DNA from: an uncultured Actinomycetota bacterium
GTDB lineage: Bacteria > Actinomycetota > Actinomycetes > JAFAQI01
Reading direction: 5' to 3'
NCBI GenBank assembly: GCA_963770565.1
Contig: CAVYQE010000002.1
Location: forward strand, 704,001-768,000
DNA length: 64,000 bases
Below, piece by piece: positions 57,636 through 64,000 of this stretch. The position numbers were made by a program, and so were the translations under genes. The stretch's first letter is position 1. The number at the start of each line of letters is the position of its first letter. The notes under the pieces are model-generated. The model was not told the DNA's origin and searched no databases. It saw only the letters and a program-made list of their open reading frames with translations.

Positions 57636-60024
57636 GCGATCTCGGGTGCGTCGAGAATGTCGATGGCGGCGGTCTTGGCCCGGCTGACCTCGAGCGCAGC
57701 GATGACGTGGGCCAGGTCGTGGGTGCCGTCCTCACCGACGTCGAGACTGCTGGCGACCGCGTAGAGGTGGTTGTGGGTCCGGCCGCGGGTGAGCCCGGTG
57801 TAGCCGAGTTCGGCGTAGAGGCTGTCGTCGCCGAGCAGCAGCGCGACGTCGCAGGTCAGTCCTTGGGTCTTATGGACGGTGCGGGCGTAGGCGTGAGACA
57901 GGTCGTCGGTGACGTAGTCCATCGGCACCTCGACCTCACGGTCACCGATGCGCAGCCGGATCGCGGGGTCCTCAGCGACGATGCCGGTGATGACGCCGAG
58001 GTCGCCGTTGATCAGGCCGAGGTCGTAGCGGTTGCGCCCGGCGAGCACCTGATCGCCGATGCAGAACCGTCGGTCGTCGACGAGTGCGACGAGCGGGCCG
58101 AGCTGCCCGGTGGCTTCGAGCCGGTTGTGCGCGCGGATGTTGAGGTCTGCCGCGTCGGCGCGCCGGACAGCGCCCATGACGGCGTCGGCGCCGTTCTCGC
58201 GGTGGGTGAGCCAGTCATTGACCATCTCCTCGCGCAGCGCGTCGCTGTTGGTCGCGACGGTGACGCGGCCGCCGCGATCGAGGTGCCGGACGGCGAACCG
58301 GGCGTGGCCGTGGCGCAGCGCGGTGACGGCGAGACGTTCTTCCGGGTCGTGCTGGCGGCGGTTCTCGACGAGCTCGACGCGCGGCAAGCGGTTCGACAGT
58401 GCGGTGAACAGACCACCGGCCTCGACCGCGGGGAGTTGTTTCGGGTCGCCGGCCAGGATCAGCTTGGCCTCGGCGCGTGCCGCCTCGGTGGCGAGGCTGG
58501 CGAGTAGCCGGGTGCCGAGCATCCCTGCCTCATCCACGACGAGCACGTCGCCGGGTCGCAAGCTGGACGCTGACCGGTGGCGAGGCCTCGTTGCAGGGCG
58601 TGTCCGGTGGTGGCGGGGATGCCCGATCCGGCGGTCAGTTCCCGGGCGGCGCGGGCGGCGAGCGCCGTGCCGATCACCCGGTGCCCGGATGCTTCGAACG
58701 CGTCGCGGACGGCGTCGAGTGAGAACGTCTTGCCGGTGCCGGCGTGCCCGACGACAACATCGATACGTCGACCGCTGCTGCACAGCTGGCTCGACCATGT
58801 GTCGCTGCTCGGTGGACAGTGACGGGCGATCCGCAACGGCCGCCATGACTGCCTGCGGGTCTGCGGTCAGCCGCGGGTCGGGCGGCTGCTGCGGCGAGCG
58901 CGACCACGCGGGCTTCCAGCTCGAGGATCTCCGGTGTCGTCCAGCGGTCGTCGCCGAGCGGGATCGCCAGGTCACCGGCGAGGTAGGCGTCGGTTCGGGT
59001 GAGGATGTCGGTGACGGTCGCGCCTTGGCGGGCGGCGCGGGCGACGGCGCGGATCACGTCACCGCGGTCGTAGCTGGCGTGCTCGCTCGTCACGGCGACG
59101 GCGATCTCCTCGTCACTGACCCGCAGGATCGGGGTGCGGGGGACGCGGACCACCTGGGACAGGTCGAACCGGGCGTCGAGCGCCCGGGTCCGCCACTGTT
59201 CCCGCAGTTGTGCCTCGGATACTCCCTTGGGCTTCGGTTTGCGGGTGGTGAGGGTGGCGATCCGGGCTGCGCGGCCGGTGTGCGCGCCGAGGCGGTCCAT
59301 CTCGGCGACGATCTCGACCCGGCGACGGGAGAACGCGCGGCGCATCGCCGGGGAGATACCGGCGACCTCGGCGACGCCGTGCCGGTCGATCTCGTCGAAC
59401 ACGACCCCGAGCCGCACGGTCAGCTCGCGGCGCAACGCGGCCTGGAAGATCGCCTCGGCGGTGTACCGCTCGTCATAGAGCAGCCGCGCGTCCAACGCGG
59501 TCCGCCGCCCATCCGGGCCTTCGGTGACGTTGAACACGACCCAGTGCAGGTGGATGCCCGGATCACCAAGCCGGCTGGTCCGGTGCCGGAACACCACCCC
59601 GAGGAAGCCGCTGCCGGGTTCGGTGCTGCGCGCCGGCGTGCCCTCGGCGGACCGCGCAGGCGGTCTGCTCGAGGTAGGTCTCGACCTGCGCGCGGGCGGC
59701 GTACAGAGCGGCTTCGACCTCGGCGGCATCATGCTCGCTGCCGAGCGCCCACAGCAGCGACACCGATTTCGACGGGGACAGGGTCAGATCGAACCCGGTG
59801 ACCGTCGTGCCATGTTCGGTCAATCGACCGCCGGCCGGGTGCTGGCCGGCGAACGCGGCGGCGAGCGCCTCCCGCTCGGCCGGTCCGGTCAACCCGTCAG
59901 CGGCGGCCAGAGTTCCGACCCAGGCGCCGGGTGCGGTCCCGGCTTCGGACAGGTAGTCCTCGCGGCCGTCGATGACCTCGCGCTCGTAGTAACCGAGGTT
60001 TTGGCATTTTCCGATCGAGAGCAT
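57632..60024 (-). pseudogene. MOBF (TrwC/TraA-like) relaxase-helicase split by four frameshifts
   Basis: MLSI...GYY...DYL, GFDLTLSPSKSVS, HRTSR.GDP..HLH, FSRRR, GHAGTGKT, VVDEAGM, GDPKQL, HAYARTVHKTQG, found in successive frames. Confidence 0.88.
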
Positions 60025-60046
60025 GACGGCGGCGTCCTCACCTTCA

Positions 60047-60062
60047 GGTGCATTGGTGTGGA
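60047..60062 (+). other. Candidate oriT nic site
   Basis: GGTGCATTGGTGT-GG just upstream of the relaxase start; resembles MOBF nic sites of F and R388. Confidence 0.4.
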
Positions 60063-60131
60063 GGTTGCTGATCTGTCCGGCGATCGAGGCGCGGGAGGGA
60101 TCGAGTGCCGCGGTCGGGCGGCGGCGAGTGG

Positions 60132-60368
60132 TCAGGTGGCGGGCTGCGCTTCGGTCGCGGGGCGGCCGGTCAGGACGCGTTCGATGAACGCGGCCAGCGC
60201 CGCGCGCGGGATGCGTTTCTGGCAGCCGAACCACACGAAGGGCAGCCCGGACTCACCGCCGGACCGGTCGTATTCCACGGTGAGCTCGTAGACCTTCGAC
60301 CGGCCCAGCTGCAGGGCGGTCGCGGTCTGCGCGACCGTGAGGAATGGGGGGAGATCGTCTAGCATCAT
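60132..60368 (-). CDS. Excisionase-like HTH_17 protein
   Basis: LPPFLTVAQTATALQLGRSKVYEL...KRIPRAAL; GAGGTG RBS. Confidence 0.88.
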   Translation of the reverse strand: MMLDDLPPFLTVAQTATALQLGRSKVYELTVEYDRSGGESGLPFVWFGCQKRIPRAALAAFIERVLTGRPATEAQPAT

Positions 60369-60378
60369 GTCACCTCGC

Positions 60379-60435
60379 TGTACATCACAACCGTGTGGCA
60401 TTGTCGCTACCATAACAACACGGTTGTCAAGTACA
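60379..60435. promoter_or_regulatory. Divergent-promoter operator
   Basis: tgtac-N3-acaaccgtgt-N21-acacggttgt-N3-gtaca, overlapping a minus-strand TTGACA. Confidence 0.62.
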
Positions 60436-60456
60436 ACGTGAACGAGTGGAGGTTCT

Positions 60457-61152
60457 GTGGCGCGACGACGCGCAACGAAGACGGCCCTATCGTTTCGGTC
60501 GTCCGGCGGCCTGGATGTGAATGCGGTGGTCTCCTACAACCTGCGCACCATCCGGCAACGGCAAGGCTGGACCCAGGAAGGCGTCGCGCAGCGGCTGGCG
60601 CAGCTGACCGGGCACGAACTGCCGCAAGCATCCATCTCGGCGATGGAACGCGGATTCGAAGGCGGCCGGCGTCGCCGCTTCGACGCCCACGAGCTGTATC
60701 TGCTCTCCGTCGTGTTCGGCGTACCGATCGTCTACTTCTTCATCCCGCCGCCGACAGACGAGCGCGAGGACCGCTACCTGGCCGACACCGAACGACCGGT
60801 CCGCGAGTTGTACGCCGCGGTGCTCGGCAGCGAAGGAGAACTCAACGAACTCGACGAGCGGCTCGCCGCCATCGGGCTGACCAGTCCGGAGGAGGCCGAG
60901 CAGACACTCGCCGCGATCTGGGGCCCCGGCGGCACCGCCAATAACTGGTACCCACACTTCCGCACCTGGCGCAAACGCCGACTGCTCGCCCTCGCCCGCG
61001 ACTACGGCGACCGCCTCGACGAGATCGCCGAGTTCCTCGCCGCCTTCGGCACCGAACTCAAAAACGTCGGACCCCAGGCATACCTACAGATGAAGGCTCA
61101 CCGCGCCGGCGAAGACGTCCTCCCGGCAGCCACCAAACCCGAGGAGAAGTAA
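60457..61152 (+). CDS. XRE-family HTH regulator with C-terminal extension
   Basis: NLRTIRQRQGWTQEGVAQRL...ISAMERG; GGAGG RBS. Confidence 0.86.
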   Translation: MARRRATKTALSFRSSGGLDVNAVVSYNLRTIRQRQGWTQEGVAQRLAQLTGHELPQASISAMERGFEGGRRRRFDAHELYLLSVVFGVPIVYFFIPPPTDEREDRYLADTERPVRELYAAVLGSEGELNELDERLAAIGLTSPEEAEQTLAAIWGPGGTANNWYPHFRTWRKRRLLALARDYGDRLDEIAEFLAAFGTELKNVGPQAYLQMKAHRAGEDVLPAATKPEEK

Positions 61153-62493
61153 ATGCGCGGGTCGATCGTGAAAAAAGGCAGCCGGTACTACGTCAAGCTC
61201 GAACTCGACCCCGACCCCGCGACCGGCCACCGGCGCCAGCGGTGGCACTCCGGGTACACGACGAAACGCGAAGCCGAACGGGCCCGGGTCGATCTGCTCT
61301 CCAAACTCGACCGCGGCGAATACGTCGTCCCGACCCAACAGACCCTCGGCGAGTTCCTGACCGAATGGCTGATAACGATGCGGCGTCAGGTACGCCCGTC
61401 CACCCACGACTCCTACCAGCGCAACATGCGCCTGCACGTCATCGACCACATCGGCCGCACCAAGATCACCCGCGTCGACGCCGGCACCCTGAACGCGCTG
61501 TACGCAGAGCTGTTGATCTCCGGCCGTCGACCGTCCTCCCGAGCAGGCGCCGGCTACTCGTCAGCTGTCGTCGACCGCGCCCTGGCGCTACGGGCGGCTG
61601 GGATGAGCCTGAGCACGACCGCCAAGCGGCTGCGCGCCGAAATCCCTGAGGCATCCGCGATCACCAAGGACACGCTCGCAACCTTGCTACGGCGTCGCCC
61701 GGCGACCGGGCCTAGCGATGACCTGCCGACGATCGGCCTGTCGCCGCGGACGGTTGCTTACGTCCACACGATCCTGCACCGGGCGTTCAAGGACGCCGTG
61801 CGCTGGGGCAGGCTGGCCCGCAACCCAGCCGACGTGGCCGATCCGCCCCGCGGCTCCCACGCCGCCGAAATCCAAGCCTGGGACGCCGCGACCCTCCGCG
61901 GGTTCCTCACCCTCAGCAAAGACGAGGGCGGCGGCTACCACGCGCTGTGGGTGCTGCTCGCAACGACCGGCTTGCGCCGCGGGGAGGCGCTCGGTCTGCG
62001 GTGGAGCGACGTCGATCTCGAAACCGGCCGCGTTCGCATCGTTCAGACGGTGATCCAGATCCGAGGCAACGTCACAATCGGGGAGCCCAAGACCGACCGC
62101 GGACGGCGAGCGATCACCCTCGATGACGGCACCGTCGCGGCACTGCGCGCACACCGGCGCGAGATGAACGAGCAGCGACTTCTTGTCGGCGCCGACTTCA
62201 CCGATCGCGACCTGCTGTTCCGGCTGCCGAGCGGGGAGCCGCTGCACCCGGACGCGGTCAGCGCGACTTTCGAGCGACAGGTCCGACGGTACGGGCTACC
62301 GCGGCTAACCGTGCACGGCTTGCGCCACACCTGGGCGACGCTGGCGTTGGAGAGCGGCGTTCACCCGCGGGTCGTTCAGGAGCGCCTCGGTCACTCCACC
62401 ATCGCGATCACGCTCGGAATCTACAGCCACGTCTCGCCGACGCTCGACAGCGACGCTGCACGCACGATCGCCGCGTTGGTACTGCCGCAATAG
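61153..62493 (+). CDS. Tyrosine integrase
   Basis: N-terminal arm-binding domain (MRGSIVKKG...TKREAE); catalytic GLRRGE, PKT, HGLRH, LGH, IYSH. Confidence 0.95.
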   Translation: MRGSIVKKGSRYYVKLELDPDPATGHRRQRWHSGYTTKREAERARVDLLSKLDRGEYVVPTQQTLGEFLTEWLITMRRQVRPSTHDSYQRNMRLHVIDHIGRTKITRVDAGTLNALYAELLISGRRPSSRAGAGYSSAVVDRALALRAAGMSLSTTAKRLRAEIPEASAITKDTLATLLRRRPATGPSDDLPTIGLSPRTVAYVHTILHRAFKDAVRWGRLARNPADVADPPRGSHAAEIQAWDAATLRGFLTLSKDEGGGYHALWVLLATTGLRRGEALGLRWSDVDLETGRVRIVQTVIQIRGNVTIGEPKTDRGRRAITLDDGTVAALRAHRREMNEQRLLVGADFTDRDLLFRLPSGEPLHPDAVSATFERQVRRYGLPRLTVHGLRHTWATLALESGVHPRVVQERLGHSTIAITLGIYSHVSPTLDSDAARTIAALVLPQ

Positions 62494-62588
62494 GACTCGC
62501 GCTCCGGCGGCGGCGCAGACAATCGCCTGAGGACGGCGTTCCGGCGTTACATTGGTGTGAGAGTTGATCAGCCAGGGAGACCGCGAAG

Positions 62589-62768
62589 ATGTTCGAGCAG
62601 CACGCCGCGCCTAACGACTTGGAAGTCGCCAAGGCCTCCTATTGGCAATCACCTGTGCTCAGCGTCCTCATGGCCGACGTCGAGCCCTGGGGCGAGGACG
62701 AGTCCTTCTCGATTGCCGACCTCACTGACGAGGAGTGGGAAGCCTTCGTCGACGCTCTTCGAGAGTGA
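62589..62768 (+). CDS. Putative antitoxin, 59 aa, acidic C-terminus (not in ORF track)
   Basis: GGGAGA RBS; MFEQHAAPND...LTDEEWEAFVDALRE; its TGA overlaps the toxin GTG. Confidence 0.65.
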   Translation: MFEQHAAPNDLEVAKASYWQSPVLSVLMADVEPWGEDESFSIADLTDEEWEAFVDALRE

Positions 62769-63184
62769 GCGACGGCACAGTCCTGCTGGACACCAACATA
62801 TTCAGCGCCCAACTCAACCCCCGGTCCCGGCTACCGGCGCTTTACCGGAAACACTTGGTGCGAGCCCGGCTTGCCGTCCCCTTCCAGGTCGTCGGCGAGG
62901 TGCGGTTCGGCGCTCTCCAAGCGGGTTGGCAGCAGAAGCGCCTCGATGAGCTCGAGCGATTGGTCCGCCGGGTCGGCGTGCTCCCCGTGGATGACGCCAC
63001 GGTTTGGGCTTACGCCGAGCTACGACTCGAATGTCTGCGGACAGGACATCCGCTCCATCAGAAGAACCACAATGGCGACCTGTGGATCGCCGCCACATCC
63101 GTTCGTTGGGAGATTCCGCTCGTCGCACACGACGGCGTCTTCAAGAACTGCCCTGGGCTCGACCTGAGAACTGAGCTGACGTAG
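62765..63184 (+). CDS. PIN-domain (VapC-like) toxin
   Basis: VLLDTNIFS, VGEV, NGDLWIAA, LVAHD. Confidence 0.9.
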   Translation: MSDGTVLLDTNIFSAQLNPRSRLPALYRKHLVRARLAVPFQVVGEVRFGALQAGWQQKRLDELERLVRRVGVLPVDDATVWAYAELRLECLRTGHPLHQKNHNGDLWIAATSVRWEIPLVAHDGVFKNCPGLDLRTELT

Positions 63185-63223
63185 GGCGCGACCGGCGCGA
63201 GCCGGCAAGTCACGCCACGACTT

Positions 63224-63283
63224 CCGGTAGAAGTTCGGTAGAAGTCGGCCTATTTTCGAGCCGCCATAGCGCTCTGACCTGCG
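63224..63283. repeat. Right-end arm-type repeats
   Basis: ccggtagaagt and tcggtagaagt, plus gcgctctgacctgcg, matching the left end. Confidence 0.75.
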
Positions 63284-63289
63284 AAGATA

Positions 63290-63375
63290 TGGTGGGCGAG
63301 GGGGGAGTTGAACCCCCACGTCCTTACGGACACACGGACCTGAACCGTGCGCGTCTGCCATTCCGCCACTCGCCC
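63290..63375 (-). tRNA. tRNA-Leu(CAG)
   Basis: GGGCGAG acceptor stem, CACGG-TTCAGGT-CCGTG anticodon arm, long variable arm, GGTTCAACT T-loop, encoded CCA. Confidence 0.96.
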
Positions 63376-63458
63376 GATGGGGACGCTCACGCTAGCACGC
63401 AGGGTCACCCCGGCCGGCCCCGATACGATCGGGTTCAGAGTGCGGGAAAGGACGCTTC

Positions 63459-64000
63459 GTGGGAGTCCTGCAAGCCTTCGAACGACGCCTCGGCGGCCTC
63501 GTCGAAGGCGCGTTCGCCAAGGTCTTCAAGGGCGAAGTCCAGCCGGTCGAGATCGCCGGTGCCCTGCAACGCGAGGCCGACGATCGGCGGTCGGTAGTCG
63601 GGCCGGATCGAATCCTGGCCCCCAACGAGTACGTGGTCGAGCTCGGCGACCACGACTACCACCGGATCGAGGAGTGGACCGAGCCGCTCGGTGCCGAGCT
63701 TGCCGCGATGGTGCGCGAGCACGCCGCCGAGGCGGGCTACTCGTTCGTCGGCCCCGTGCAAGTCGGCTTCGAGCACCACACCGAAATCGGCACCGGAGTG
63801 TTCCGAGTACGCAGCTCGAGCGCGGCCGGGCCGGTCGACCCTCCGGTGCAGCCGCCGGTCGAGCGCCCGGTCGCCCGGGCACCGCGGCCCGCGCCGGACG
63901 GCGCACTCCCCCAGCGACCGCGCCTCATCATCGGTGTCGGCCGCGAGGAGATGGCCTACTTCATGACCCACCCGGTCACCGTGATCGGGCGAGCCGCTGA
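63459..64000 (+). CDS. fhaA: FhaA (DUF3662 + FHA) protein, truncated by window end
   Basis: GTG at 63459: MGVLQAFERRLGGLVEGAFAKVFKGEVQPVEIA...APNEY, then VTVIGR at the FHA start; tRNA-Leu adjacency is conserved in actinobacteria. Confidence 0.9.
   Translation, partial: MGVLQAFERRLGGLVEGAFAKVFKGEVQPVEIAGALQREADDRRSVVGPDRILAPNEYVVELGDHDYHRIEEWTEPLGAELAAMVREHAAEAGYSFVGPVQVGFEHHTEIGTGVFRVRSSSAAGPVDPPVQPPVERPVARAPRPAPDGALPQRPRLIIGVGREEMAYFMTHPVTVIGRAA

Larger units (their letters stand above)
52790..63313. mobile_element. Integrative mobilizable element (~10.5 kb) in tRNA-Leu(CAG)
   Basis: 25-bp direct repeat at both ends; int, xis, XRE regulator, MOBF relaxase, T4CP and TA pair; no T4SS genes. 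Confidence 0.9.

Noticed and set aside
58059-59801. 580-aa plus-strand ORF inside the element
   Set aside because: Antisense to the relaxase, Arg/Ser-rich, no motifs.
52790-63313. Element as a prophage or self-transmissible ICE
   Set aside because: No capsid, terminase or tail genes, and no VirB4, mating-pore or TraB translocase genes.
63347-64000. 217-aa ORF from the track
   Set aside because: It starts inside the tRNA and is in the wrong frame; the real gene is fhaA from GTG 63459.

Overview
High-GC actinobacterial chromosome segment. All family calls come from motif recognition by eye; no searches were run. About 1-45 kb is mostly core and metabolic genes: GNATs, hydrolases, a fused ABC exporter, TerC under a yybP-ykoY Mn riboswitch, an ECF sigma/anti-sigma pair, acyl-CoA dehydrogenase, bpa, serS, pheA, larB-larC, GDT1, arcA, a Liv-type ABC system, an NCS1 permease under a TPP riboswitch, an S53 protease and Fpg/Nei. 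Several palindromic REP/MITE-like repeats lie between these genes. About 45-52.7 kb is accessory-looking: MOSC, a degenerate HD-GYP-LuxR regulator with a candidate operator, a methyltransferase, a cupin and secreted beta-propellers. The main feature is a ~10.5-kb integrative mobilizable element (52790-63313) at the 3' end of tRNA-Leu(CAG), beside fhaA. It has a 25-bp att direct repeat and arm-type repeats. It encodes a tyrosine integrase with an unusual ~60-aa HTH-like insertion, an XRE regulator, an excisionase, a MOBF relaxase with four frameshifts, a VirD4-like coupling protein and a PIN toxin-antitoxin pair. Its cargo is a P-loop kinase, a VOC protein and a sortase-anchored neocarzinostatin-apoprotein-like protein, which may form a drug-sequestration cassette.
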